Assembly (NCBI GenBank): GCA_043228905.1
Contig: JBHGNT010000020.1
Location: forward strand, 5,642,001-5,706,000
DNA length: 64,000 nt
Reading direction: 5' to 3'
DNA from: Azolla caroliniana
Lineage: Eukaryota > Plantae > Polypodiophyta
Below are positions 13,701 to 26,989 of this stretch, in pieces; position 1 is the stretch's first letter; each line of letters starts with the position of its first letter. The notes under the pieces were generated by a model that worked only from the letters and a program-made list of their open reading frames with translations, ran no database searches and was not told where the DNA came from. Position numbers and translations under genes: made by a program.

Positions 13701-15168
13701 GACAAAGGTGCTTCAGCGGTTCAACATGTCAGATGCGAAACCGGTCGGATCAACACTCCTGGCAAATTGCAGGTTATCTGGTAAGCAAAGCCCGAAGATG
13801 AAGGCAGAGAAGGCGGATATGATGAAGATACCATATGCCTCTGCCGTCAGAGGCTTAATGTACGCAATGGTGTGTACCCGACTGGATATCGGATACACAG
13901 TCGGAGTGGTGAGCCGGTTTATGAGCAATCCCGACAAGGAGCACTGGAATGCGGTAAAATGGATACTCCAGTACTTGAAAGGCACCCCAAGTATGTGTCT
14001 CCGATTCGGCTCCGGTAAACCCCAACTTGACGGTTTCACCGATTCGGATATGTCGGCTGATGTGGATACCAGCCGATCAACATTCGGATACGTCATGACA
14101 TATGTAGGGGGAGCTGTTTTGTGGCAGTCGAGGCTGCAGAAGACGGTTGCATTGTCAACCACGGAAGCGGAGTACATGGCAGCTGTGGAAGCCGGCAAGG
14201 AAATACTATGGATGAAGGACTTCATCGAAGAGCTAGGGATCCAGCAGGAGGAATACCGGCGACAGTCAAAGTGCCATCCACCTTACGAAGAACGCGGCAT
14301 ATCATTCCAGGACAAAGTACATCCAGCTGAGGTACCACTGGATCCGGGAGTGAGTGGAAGATCGTGAGTTCGTGCTGACGAAGATCCACACGGAGGAGAA
14401 CGGGTCAAATATGCTGACGAAAGTGCTGACACCCAACAAGCTAGATGCATGTAGGAAGAGGATCGGATTGACGAGGCATCCCATGTCGGAGTGAAGGGGG
14501 AGTTTGTTAGGATCTCGGTCCCTCCGGAAGGGATGATGAAGGCCCGGTGAGAACCGGATGATGCAGACCCAGTGAGAACCGGATGAGGAGTACCCGGCAA
14601 GGAAGACCCGGTGAGAACCGGATGAGGAGTACCCGGCAAGGAAGACCCGGTGAGAACCGGATGACGCAGGCCCTGTGAGAACCCTTCACCGGATGAAGGG
14701 ACATAGATGCAAATATGTTTCAATTAGCCCATTGTGGCTATATTTGTAAATAGCCCGAAAGTCATATTAGTATAAATATGACCTAGGGCAAACAAACAAC
14801 GCGTATCATTGTGTTGTCATTATTTTGTATAGAGTTATTGGTGTAAATGTTGTACAAAGCGTAGCAGAGGGAAAGAGAGAGAGAGAGAGAGAGTCAGAGT
14901 GAGTCTTTGTTGTAACCGCTGCCAAGTGAAGATTGTGAGCACAAGGTCGTTGCCTTTGTGTTCCCCTGTTGTATTCTCCTTGCATAGTGAGAGTTGGAGT
15001 TTGTGGACTCTTGTGGTTTTTCCCGTTTAGGGTTTTCCACGTTAACATCTTGTGCATTCTCTTATGTTTGTGTACTTACTTCCATTTCTCATTTTTTCTT
15101 GGGTTTGATTATCATTAAGTGATCTAAGTCTTGGTTGTGGCCGAAGATTATTCCGCATATTCTCTACA
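10794..15168 (+). mobile_element. Ty1/copia element A (5'-truncated 5' LTR 10794-11373, 3' LTR 14505-15168), integrase deleted
   Basis: PBS TGGTATCAGAGCC 11377-11389 (tRNA-iMet type); PPT GAGTGAAGGGGGAG before 14505; followed by ATAAG. Confidence 0.95.
11409..14494 (+). pseudogene. gag-pol of element A (gag, CCHC knuckle, protease, RT, RNase H; no integrase core)
   Basis: CFYCGKLGHFQKNC; WVLD*G; SLYGLKQAPRQW; LLYVDD; ALSTTEAEY; multiple stops and a frameshift near 14262. Confidence 0.92.
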
Positions 15169-15739
15169 ATAAGTTCTTATGTCAACACGATATTGGCAAA
15201 TGTGTTAGGTAAAGTGTATTTCTAGTGCTTTTACGTGGCTTGGTATTTGGAGCAACTTTGTAATGTACAAAAATAGATTGTGTTTTGTATTAGGCTTCAC
15301 GAAATGTATGAATCTCTGTACTCCAAAATATGTCAACTTGACATCTTGTCTACATTATTCTTGTAGAGTTGTTTTGCACTTGTTACTTGCTGTTTTGTAA
15401 TCATAAAGAAATTCCATCATGTCCCTTTTGTTATTGTCATCTAGAACCATTGAATATTTTTGTAGATTGTATGTTGTATTTATAGAGGCAAGACTCCATT
15501 TGCCACATTGATATGAACATTGTCATGGATCTATAGGCATAGTTGGTACTTGTTCAACTTAGAACAATGGTGGGTTAGCTTGTTGAACTAATAGAAGCGC
15601 ACATCAAGAGCATGATATGGTTTCATATGAAATGCTCCCATGTGAGTAGATGTAGGTAACCTTTGGATGTGAAATAAATGGCTTACCATGAAGAGTACAT
15701 TGCAAGGTTCCCTTTATATGATTGGGTGCTTGTAACAAT

Positions 15740-16290
15740 TGGCAATGGTTTGGTTTGGTTTGAGAGTGTCAAAATCAAACCGTTTAAAACTTGAACTGAA
15801 CCGAACTGAACCGCAAAAGTGTTTGAACCAAAATTGTTTAAATTGAATTGTGGAAAAAAATCTAAACTGTTAAAACCATTAAGCTGTTAAAACCACAGTT
15901 TTGTGGTTTAGTTTTGGTTTTCAACGTAGGTCAAAATTTAAAAATTTAAAAATTATTTATTTTTTCATTATTTTAAATTTTAAATTTTCAAAATGAAAAG
16001 ATTTTCGTAAATTGTGAGAATTAGGCTTTAAAATGAAAAGATTGTTTAAAAAAAGAAAACATTAAATAGTTTAATCTGTGGTTTCTAACTGTTGAAACCG
16101 AACCGAACCATTTAAACCATTATACGATTAAGCCATTAAGCCATTAAGTCATTAAGTCATCAAGCCATGGTTCACAGTTTGGTTCGGTTCAAATCGAAAT
16201 TGTTTAAACTGAATTGTTAAAAAAAATCTAAATCGTTAAACCATTAAGCAAATAAAACCATGGTTTTGGTTTTCGACTAAGGTCAAAATT
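15740..16290. repeat. AT-rich DNA-transposon/MITE-like remnant with AACCG/CGGTT motifs and an internal ~100-bp duplication
   Basis: aaattgtttaaa.tgaattgt...aaaaaatctaaa...ttttggttttc...aggtcaaaatt at ~15830-15938 and ~16197-16290; (aagccatt)n at 16130-16168. Confidence 0.5.
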
Positions 16291-16301
16291 ATGGCCATTA
16301 T

Positions 16302-19300
16302 GGCTATTTACAATCATGGCCATTATTATTATCTAATAATAATAATAGTCTTACTAATTAGCCGACTCATTCGTTGATTGTCCGGTCGGTTTGACTAGTC
16401 AGCCTGGTCATCAACCAACTAGTCAACCTGACTAGTCGGTCATGTCTTCGACCTCGATCAACTCTCCATGATGACTCTCTCACAGTCGACTCCTCGACTG
16501 TCGGCTCTCTCTGAGCAGTCGGCTCCTCCCACTGGAGGGACATATTCCTAACAAACTCCCCCTTCACTCTTGTAAAGGATTATGTGCGGAAGCAATAGAA
16601 AACTGAACACAGAAAAAATACGCAGGTTTAATGGAGAGCTTGAATATACACAGTATGCGGGAGAGACAGAGAGAGAATACACAGAGGACTTAATTCAAAA
16701 AATACTAACTCTCAATGTATACATCGTGCTCAGTGAGCACCTTTTATACAAGCCCTAACAATGGGCTTACACAAGTACTGACAGTACTTGACTGCTCATA
16801 AATGAGCCTTGATTCTTACTCCCAAAACTATTCCTTACGAGGAATATCTCTCTAACGGCCTTTCTGTTTGCGCACCGATACGACCTTCCTATGCACCAGT
16901 CTGCGTACCAGTTTACGCATCCGTTTTATGCACCGATCCGGCCTAACCGATCCGATCCTCGGCTTGCTCAGCCAATCCGGCCGATGTTGAGCTTGTCTCT
17001 CAACACTCCCCCTCAAGCTCAACTTGAGGCTCTTTGGGATCTTCTTGACCACTGCTCCGGTTCCTCCTAGCCCCACACCTCGCTCGTGCTCCTCGGCCTG
17101 TTCGAGTCCGCGTGCTTCAACCCTTCCGGTTGGCTTGTCTGCTCCCATGGCCCTTCACAGCTCCCTTGCTGTCGTGGTGTTGGCGCTTCTCCTGCTGCCT
17201 TCTTCTCCGTTTGGCCCTTGGTTGATTTAGTGTATCCGAATCAAACATCTGAACCGACTCGGCTACCTCCAATCGGTTTTCACTCTCGTCCGGGTTGGCT
17301 GTTTCCAACTCGTCTTCGGTCTTCTTGCCCTTGACGGCGTCATCTCCCCCTTGCTTGGTTGGCTTCGGCTCATCCGTTCGGCCGCTCCCCTTATGTCCGC
17401 TTTTGGACTCTGATCCGAAGTCGAATTCGTCATCCAACCCGGCATCACGGTCTTTTCCACTCCCTTCCTACTCCCTTGCTCGGTCTTTCGAGACTGTTCT
17501 CCCCCTCAAGTTTGGCACGTTGAGTTGACGCAACCCAAGCGCACCCGAGAACTGCTGCAACTTGTCCAGACCAAGGGGCTTGGTGAAGATGTCAGCGGTT
17601 TGCCGATCCGTCGGAACATACTGAAGTTCGACTTCACCAAAAAGGACACGCTCACGGACAAAATGGTAGTGCACCTCAATGTGCTTGGTCCGTGTGTGGA
17701 AAACGGGGTTCTTTGCGAGTTGGATGCTGCTGAGGTTGTCGCAGTAGATTGTCGTCGGATCGGACACCTCCTCTTGCAGGTCCTTAAGTAGCCGCTTTAA
17801 CCATATGGCTTCACATGTCGTGACAGCCGCTCCTCTATACTCGGCCTCGGTGCTCGACAACACAACTATTGGCTGCTTCTTGCTACTCCACACGAATGCG
17901 GCACTCCCGAGAGAGAACGCGTATCCGTACGTGGATCGGCGATCGCCGGCGTTTCCGGCCCAATCAACATCGGTGTAGCTGACCAACTACGAGGCAATAT
18001 TGGCCCGATATAGTAGCCCACGGTCCTTAGTGCCGCTTACATACCGCAGTACGCATTGCGCACACTGAAGGTGCTCCTCGGTAGGTCGCGCCATGAATTG
18101 ACTAATCACCTCGACCGGGTAGCTGAGATCTGGTCGAGTGATGGTCAAGTATATAAGGCTTCCAACTACTTGTCGGAACCTCGTCGGGTCGCAAACCTTT
18201 CCGGAATTGGGGCGAAGCTTGACGGTTCTATCCAGAGGAGTTGAGATGGACTTACAGTCTGCCATCCCAAATTTGAAGAGCATATTCAGCGTGTAATGAC
18301 GTTGGCTTATCAGTATACCTTCGGGGGTGCGGATCACTTCGATCCCGAGGAAGTAATGAAGGTCCCCCAGATCCTTCATGTCGAATGATGCCGCAAGCTA
18401 GAGCTTCACGCGGTCGATTTCACCTAGGTCGGCGCCGGTGATGACCAAGTCATCAACATAAAGTAAAATACTAACCGGCCTGAGTCGACCTTTCCGGATG
18501 AACATTGAGGAGTCCGATTTCGACGTTGCAAAGCCCATCCGACGCAGTTGCTGCGTGATCTTCGCGTTCCAGGCACGCGGGGCTTGCTTTAGTCTGTAGA
18601 GGGACTTCTTCAATTGGCACACCGCCAAGGTGTTCGTTCCGGAGTGAAATCCAGGGGGTTGTACCATTACACATGTTCCTCAAGCTCACCTTGCAGGAAC
18701 GCATTCTTTACATCCATCTGATGTAAGTGCCACCCCTTTGCCGCAGCTACCACGAGCAAAGCACGGACGATCGTCATCTTCGCCACCGGCGCAAACATCT
18801 CATCGTAGTCGATGCCGTGTTTTTGCGCGTAGCTTGTCACTACTAACCGGGCCTTGTATCAGTTGACCGAGCCGTCAGTGTTGTACTTTACCTTGTACAC
18901 CCACCTACATCCGATCGGCTTCACACCCTTCGGTGCGTCAACCAGGTCCCAGGTCTCGTTTTCCGCCAATGTGTGCATCTCTTCCTCCATCGCAGCGCGC
19001 CAATTCGCGTCCTTAGCCGCTTCTACGTAGCTCTCCGGCTCACGCACTTCCGCTACATGGGTCATGTACGCATAATGATGCGCCATGTACTCGTTATATC
19101 CGAACCACACAACTACGTTCTTCTGGTGGGTAGATCAGCGTAATCGGTCATTAGCCGATGTTGAGGTCTTCTCAGCCGACACGGACTTCGCTCTTGAAGA
19201 CCCGTCACCGCTTCCCTCGGAGTCGGACTCGCGTCGGTCTGACTCGTTCCTATCTGTGCCGGAATCCGACACCTTCTTCTTTCCTTTCTCTTTGCGCGTA

Positions 19301-22300
19301 AGCCGCCTCCTCGGCTTCCTGCGCGGGGAATACACGGCCGAGTCTCCACTACTCGCCGGCTCTTCATCGGACTGGTCGAACCGACTCAGTCGTCCATTCG
19401 GTCCACTTAACGGAAACGAAATCGGACTCTCTTCGCGGGTCCCAATTTCAAGCTCATTCGGTGGCATCTCGACCTCGCTGACCTCATTGTCAGAACTCGG
19501 ATTGGAGGTGAGTCCCGGAGTCGGAGGCAAGTACCAGGACGCGGACTTGTCAAACACAACGTCGCAGCTCACGCGCGCTTGTTTGATGCGCAGGTTATAA
19601 CACTTTTAACCATTCTGCTCGTCCGAGTAGCCGACCAAGATACATTTCTCGGCCTTTGCGTCCAGCTTCCTCCGTTTCTCCTTCGGCACATGCACATACG
19701 CAATGCTACCGAAAACTCGTAAGTGTCGCAAGTTCGGCGTCCTTCCGAAATACAGCTCGTGCACCGACACTTTGTCTCCGATCCAATTCTAGATGTATAC
19801 CGCAGTTCGTACTGCCTCGGCCCAATAGAACTTGGGCAAGCTCTTTTCTTCTAGCATTGCCCGCGCCGCTTCCACAATCGATCGATTCTTCCTCTCAGCC
19901 ACACCGTTTTGCTCCGGCATGTATCTACAACTGAATTCGCGCCGAATTCCCATATATTGTAGATAACTATTGAAATGACCGGAAAAGTATTCTTTTCCGC
20001 CATTCGACCGCAAGCACTTGATCTTTCTTCCTATTTCCGTTTCCACGAACCCTTTGAGGTCCTGAAAACAATCGAAGACTTCGCTCTTCCTCTCAATGAG
20101 GTAGATCCATGTGTGCCGCGTGTAGTCGTCGATGAAGGAGATGAAATATCGACTCCTGTCAAGACTAACGTTTTGTGCCGGCCCCCACACATCGGAGTGT
20201 ATCAAGTCGAGTTTGTTCCGGCTCCGGTTACGCTCGTTGGGGAAAGGAAGTCGGTGTTACTTCCCAAGCTAGCAGGCTTCACAAATTTGTGCCTTCCGGC
20301 TACTAAATTTGGGCAATCCGAACACCACTTGTTTCAATTGCAGGTCTTGAAGCCGCTGGTAGTTGACGTGGCCTATCCGCTTGTGCCACCAGTCGATATC
20401 TGACTCAACTTTTTGTCCCTTCGCGAACATTGCGGTGCCACCGTCAGTAGAGTCGAGGATAAACATCCTCCCGTCTCTACGCCCTTGCGCAATAACTCGG
20501 CCTTCTTCCTCTATGAAGCACCCGAGATGCGTGAACTGGACTTGCATCCCCTGGTCGACGATCTGCCCGACCGACACCAGATTCTTTGTGATTGTTGGGA
20601 CGTGTAGCACGTTCATAAGTTTCCCTTTCTGCCCGACATGGCTCAAGGGAACTTCACCAACATTTGCTATTGGATGCAGAGTGTTGTCTCCGGTTGCGAC
20701 TCCTCCTGGTTGCGTCGGTTTCTCAAGGTATGAGAGCCACTCCTTGTGGCACGTCATGTGATTTGACGTGCCGGAGTCGACATACCATACCTCGTCCGAT
20801 TTCAGGGCGGACTTCTTCATCGAGTTTACTTTGTGTCTCGTCACAAAGGCTGACCCTTTTTGGGCTTCTCCGGATCCTTCGGCGGAGTGCGATCATTGCC
20901 GGTTTCCTTTGTTGGTATGTCCGGAACTAGATCCGGAACCGGTCCTTTCTGACTCGGTGCACTTTTTCCAGCACTCGCTCTCCCTATGGCCTTTCTTGCC
21001 ACAGTGCCAACATTCTGCGGCGGATTTCCCTTGCCGGTTCTCGTCGCCTCGACTCCCCCTGTTTCCGGAGGGTTCGGAATTGCTATCGGCATCACTTCGG
21101 TGCCTTCTTCCTTCATCCCGTCGGCCGCCTCCATTGTGTACCGAATCGCCTCATCCGCCATGACCACGGGGCCTATCTCCCTCTGTGTACAGTATCTTGC
21201 TGTCGGCATGCGTGCTTGTCGATGCACCCGCGTGGTTCTCCTCTATAAGGAGCATCGATTGTAAGTCGAAAAACGACGGCGTATTCTCCCTTGTACACAC
21301 AACAGTTCGGAACGCTCTGAACTTTGACGCCAAACCCTCGAGACAGACCTGGACCATCTCGCTTTCATCGATGTTAACATCGATAGAAGCTAAGGAGTCG
21401 CAGATGTCCTTGACCTTCGAGGTATAGTTAGCCATTGACAAATCGCGTTGTCGTAGGTTGCTCAATTCCTGTCGGAGCTGAAGCTTCCTGGCTATGGTGC
21501 TCGCGGCGAAGATCTTCTTTAGATTTTCCCATGCACCCTTCGGCGTTTTGCATCCCGAACGTAGCTTAATAGCTGTTCTCCCACACAAGACGCGAAGCAG
21601 TACAGTACTCTGCTCGCCGATTGTTCCCACACCGGGAAATCTTTGTGTGTCGATTCGGGTGCTGTGTCATTTGCTCCGTCGACATAGCTCCAGTAATCGT
21701 GCCCGAGTAGCTATTGGTGCATCTTGTAGGGCAAAGATGCGTAGTTGTTTCTATCGAGCTTCTCCGTCGGAAGTGAGCTAGCCATGCCTCTATCCATTGG
21801 TTTTACCTGTTCTTCTCGGTTGGTTCTTCTTTTCAAGCTATGTCGGCTACAGAGGTTCTCAACCCTCGCGCTCTTATACCATGTAAAGGATTATGTGCGG
21901 AAGCAATAGAAAACTGAACACAGAGAAAATACGCAGGTTTAATGGAGAGCTTGAATATACATAGTACGTGGGAGAGACAGAGAGAGAATACACAAAGGAA
22001 TTAATTCAAAAAATACTAACTCTCAATGTATACATCGTGCTCAGTGAGCACCTTTTATACAAGCCCTAACAATGGGCTGGCACAAGTAATGATAGTACTT
22101 GACTGCTCATAAATGAGCCTCGACTCCTACTCCCAAAACTATTCCTTACGAGGAATATCTCTCTAACAGCCTTTCGGTTTACGCACCAATACGGCCTTCC
22201 TACGCACCAGTCTGCGTACCAGTTTACGCATCTGTTTTACGCACTAGTCCGGCCTAACCGATCTGGTCCTCGGCTTGCTCAGCCGATCCGGCCGATGTTG

Positions 22301-25300
22301 AGCTTGTCTCTCAACAACTCTTGTGGGGAGGAGTCCATTATTCCTATCCTGTATCGACAGACTCCGAGTCTATCCATCGGTAAGTTCTTTGTCAGCATGT
22401 CAGATCCATTGTCGTTAGTATGGATCTTCACAAGGGTAAACTCTCCTTCTTCGACTCTCTCCCTCAACAAGTGATACCTTCTTTGTATATGCTTGGTTCG
22501 GGAGTGATATGCAACTTTCTTGGCTAGGTGTATATCACTTTGGCCATCACAGTGAAGCAAGAACTCCCTTTGCTTCATCCCTAACTCGCTGAGAAAATTT
22601 GTCATTCAAATAAGCTCTTTGCCGGTCTCTACCACTGCCATGTACTCTGCCTCTGTGGTTGACAAGGCCATAGACTTCTGTAGTCGTGACTGCCACAACA
22701 TTGCTCCCCCTGCATAGGTCATCACGTACCCTGACGTGGATCGGCTTGAGTCTACATCCCCCGACATGTCCGAGTCGGTAAACCCTTCGAGCATAGTTTT
22801 TTTGACACCATACTTAAGGCGCACAACCAAGGTGCCTTTTAAGTACCTGAGTCTCCACTTCAGTGTTGCCCAGTGTTCTCGTCCTGGATTACTCATATAT
22901 CGGCTTACTGTTCCCACAACAAATGCTATGTCTGGTCTCGTGTAGACCATAGCGTACATTAAACTACCAACGTCTAAGGCATATGGTACTTTCTTCATCT
23001 CAGCCTTTTCTTTCTCCCCTCTCGGGCATTCCTTGGCATTCAGCTTACAGTTGATAGGCAACACAAAATTGACTGGCTTTGCTTCCGACATGTTGAACCT
23101 CTCTGGGATCTATGTCACATATTTCTCTTGTGACAACCACAACACTGTTTTAGTTTTGTCCCGAACTATGTGCATCCCCAAGATCTGTTTAGTTGATCCA
23201 AGGTCTTTGATGGCAAAAGATTTTCCTAGAGTTTTCGATCTTCCTTGTATCTTGATCGACTATCAACATGTCATCTACATATAATAAGAGAATCATGAGG
23301 TCTCCTTCATCATACCTTTTGATGAACACACAATGATCGGCCTATGTTTTCTAGAACCCATGTTCCACCATGAAGGATTCAAACTTCTTGTACCACTGGT
23401 GTGGATCTTGTTTCAGACCATACGAGCTTTTCTTCAGTCGAAACACTAGGTTCTCTTCCCCTTTCTCCTCAAAGCCTTCTGGCTGCTGCATGTAGATCTC
23501 TTCATCCAACTCCCCGTGCAAGAATGTTGTCTTGACATCCAACTGTCCGATCTCTCGGTCCATGCTGGCAACTATGCTCAAAACAGTTCGGATGGATGTC
23601 ATCTTCACGACTGGTGTGAATATCTCGTCGAAGTCGACACCCTTTTTCTGTTGGAAACCCTTCACCACTATGCAGGCTTTGTACCTCGGTGTGCGGTTAA
23701 CTTCTCCAGTCTTCACCTTATAAACCCATTTGTTCATGAGTGCTCTCCTACCTTTCAATAATTCTACCAGGTCATAGGTGTAGTTTTCATGCAAGGAGTC
23801 CATCTTGTCTTGCATTGCACTCAACCATTTTTCTCTGTGCTTGTCGGCAATGTCTTCATCATAGCACTCTGGTTCACCTTCATTAGTCAAGAAGATGTAT
23901 TGACTAACATATGTTGTCGTCATAGCACTTTGGTTCACCTTCTCTCTCTGAGAGGAAATCTCCTTCCATTCGTCGTTGGCTTTGGCTTGGATGTCTCTGA
24001 CGTATGTTTTTGGTCCTCTCCTTTCTTTGAGAGGGTATGTCCTTCCACTCGTTGTTGGCCCCCGTTCGGATGTCTCTGCCAATTCTTCTCTCCGCTCAGG
24101 TTCATGTGTGTCGATCGGCTCCTGGAGGTTGGATGACTCCAACTTGTATTCCTCGATCGATCTTAGTAGATTTGCCGACTCTGAATCATAGTTGGTCGGT
24201 CTCTCCGAGTCGACTGACTCAGATTCGGCTGTGCCAACTGACTGTCTCCGAACAACCGACTGTGTCGGTTCACTTGGCCTCAAGTCCATAGTAGTGGAGG
24301 TTGACTGGGTAGTCGATTCGGACTTCTATTGCTTCTAGTCCGCTATCGTCTTGTCTTCCAAGAAGACTACATCCTGACTCCTCACTACCTTCTTGTCGAC
24401 TAGGTCCCATAGCCTATAGCCGAACCCATCTTCCAAGTATCCCATGAATATGCATGGTTTCGACTTACTGTTGAGCTTCAACCTCTGATCCCTAGCCACA
24501 TGCATATATGCCAAACATCCGAACACCCTTAGGGTAGGAAACATCCTTTCTTGTCCACACCCTCTATGAAACATCACCCTTCAATGACAGTGAGGGAGAC
24601 CTGTTGATCAGATAAAAAACTAGGTACATCGCCTCGGCCGAGTATATTTTCGGTAGTTTAGCATGCGACAACATGCTCCTTACTCTCTCCATGATTGTTC
24701 GATTCATCCTCTCTACAATCCCGTTCAACTCAGGGGCCTTCGGTACTGTGTATTCAATTTGAATACCTTGGGCCTTGCAGTATTCCTCAAATGCCCTCTA
24801 TATTCGCCACCATTGTCGGTTCGGACAACCTTCAACTTCCGACCTGACTCCTATTCGGTTCTCCCTTGGAACTCCTTGAAGAACGATAGTACTTGATCTT
24901 TTGACTTTAGTACGAAAGCCCACAGGTTCTGACTGTAGTCGTTGATGGAAGTCACAAATTAGTGTCCGCCTCGATGCGACGGAGCATCCACATAACGCAC
25001 ATCCATGTGTACTAGTTCTAGTGGCACTTCTCTTCTTCTTGGTGATCTTGAGTGGAATGTTGCTCTGTTCTGTTTTCCAACTAAGCAGTCGACACACTTC
25101 TCTAAATGCACTCCCTTTACCTCTGGTAGAAGTTTCTGGTTGGCTAATAGATGTAGACCCTTCTCACTCATGTGGTCTAGCCTCCTATGCCATATCTCTC
25201 CTGCCGAGTCGGCTGGCACATTCACTTCCGACTTGCACATTTGGGCTTGCATCATATACAGTGTGCCTTCTTTTCGTGCTCGGGACACGATGAGGTTTCC

Positions 25301-26663
25301 TCGACAGAACTTCCACTTGCCATTCTGAAATTGGCCACTGTAGCCTTCGTTGTCCAATCTTCCAGTCGATATCAGATTCAATATGATATCGGGGACATGT
25401 CAAACATCCTTCAGAGTAAGTCGACATCCTATCGACGTCATCAAACAGACACTTCTGATTTTGGCTATATTGCACTCCCCATTATCACCCATCTTTACAT
25501 AGCCATGATCCCCAACTATGTAAGTTGAGAGGTACTCTCTCGATGGAGTGATGTGGAAAGATGCACCGGAGTTGATCACCCAAGTGCATTCTTCACTTGC
25601 TAGATTTGCACTTGCTTGTTCACAAATGAACATGAGTTCATCATTACTCGTAGCAATGGCCAAAGTGCTCTTTTCATCAAGAATCTTCTTGGGTTCGACA
25701 TTATTACTGACACTCTTGTCCTTCTTAAGATGTCGGAAATCCTTCTAGAAATGTCCAAGCTTTCCACAATAAAAGCATGTTAGCTTACCTCTGTACTTCG
25801 ATCTAGCTTGAGACTTTTCTCTCGTTTGTGGACTCTTTTGCCGGTGTCTTCCTTTGCCAGTGTGTTGAGTCAAGTTTGACTCCGACTGGACCAAGACACC
25901 CTTGTCCTTCCTTTTGGTCTCCTCGTTCAGGATGCTTGTCTTTATAGCTTGTAAAGACAAGTTCTCTTCTTGACACGAGGTGTTGAGGGTCACCACCTGG
26001 TTCTCCCAGCTGTCCAACAAAGTACACAACAACAGGATGGCTTGCATTGCATCTTCAAGGGGAAACCGTACGATCTTTCTCATCAGTGAGGTTTTATTGA
26101 GGATGTTCTTCCTCTCATATAGACATGATAGCTACTTCCACATCTCGTGGGCATTTGTGTCGTTCGCCACATGTTGAAGAACGCTTACATCGACACATTA
26201 TTGGATAGTGGCCATCACCTTTCTGTTAAGAAGTTTCCATTCCGACTCTAATAACCCCGTGGGTATTTTGGCTTTGTCGATTGGCTCGTACAAGTCTTTG
26301 ACTATGAGAAGGTCCTCCATCTTTATCTTCCAGTCTGCATAGTTCTGAGAGTTCAGAACTATCATACTGGAGAAGCCGCTCACATGTCCTTCCATGCTTG
26401 CACCTCAAGCTCTGATCCCAGTTTGTTGAGAATAGAATCTCCAAATCTGTGAGAAAAACTAACCTGGAAATACACAATACATGCCAAAACAACAAATGCA
26501 TAGTACACGGTGATTATGTGGAAACCCTAAAACGGGGAAAACCACGGGAACAGAGATTCCACTATACAGAGAGAATACAAGATGAAATCAGAATACAACA
26601 CTCTCCGCTCAAAGTGTATCAGCCACACAGGGCTCTTGGCGTCAAACCTCACTCATCTATGGC

Positions 26664-26708
<45 letters not shown>

Positions 26709-26989
26709 TCTCACACACACTCTCTTCTCTATCGCTAGCACCAATAGAGGCACACACACTATACTGTTGAACACACTTCTCATGTTTGCCCTAGGTGTAT
26801 TTATATTGATACATAGAATGGGCTATTTACAATCATGGCCGTTATTATTATGTAATAATAATATTAATAGTCTTACTAATCAACTGACTCATTTGTCGAC
26901 TGTCGGATCAGTTCGATTAGTCGGCCTGGTCATGTCTTCAACCTTAACCAACTCTCGACACCTCCCACTAGAGGGACATATTCCTAACA
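16302..26989 (-). mobile_element. Ty1/copia element B (5' LTR 26424-26989; truncated 3' LTR ~16302-16553), interrupted by element C
   Basis: PBS variant TGGGATCAGAGC at 26409-26420; PPT at 16556-16569; gag MEGHVSG...NYADWKIKMEDLL (26395), integrase, RT and RNase H fragments down to ~22322; both LTR copies end gagggacatattcctaaca on the + strand. Confidence 0.9.
16571..22316 (-). mobile_element. Full-length Ty1/copia element C, LTRs 16571-17005 and 21882-22316 (435 bp), TSD ACTCT
   Basis: Perfect TSD 16566-16570/22317-22321; PBS TGGTATAAGAGCG; PPT TTGAGGGGGAG; gag, WYVDSG protease, HSDVWGP integrase, YVDD RT and RNase H, with stops and frameshifts. Confidence 0.96.
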
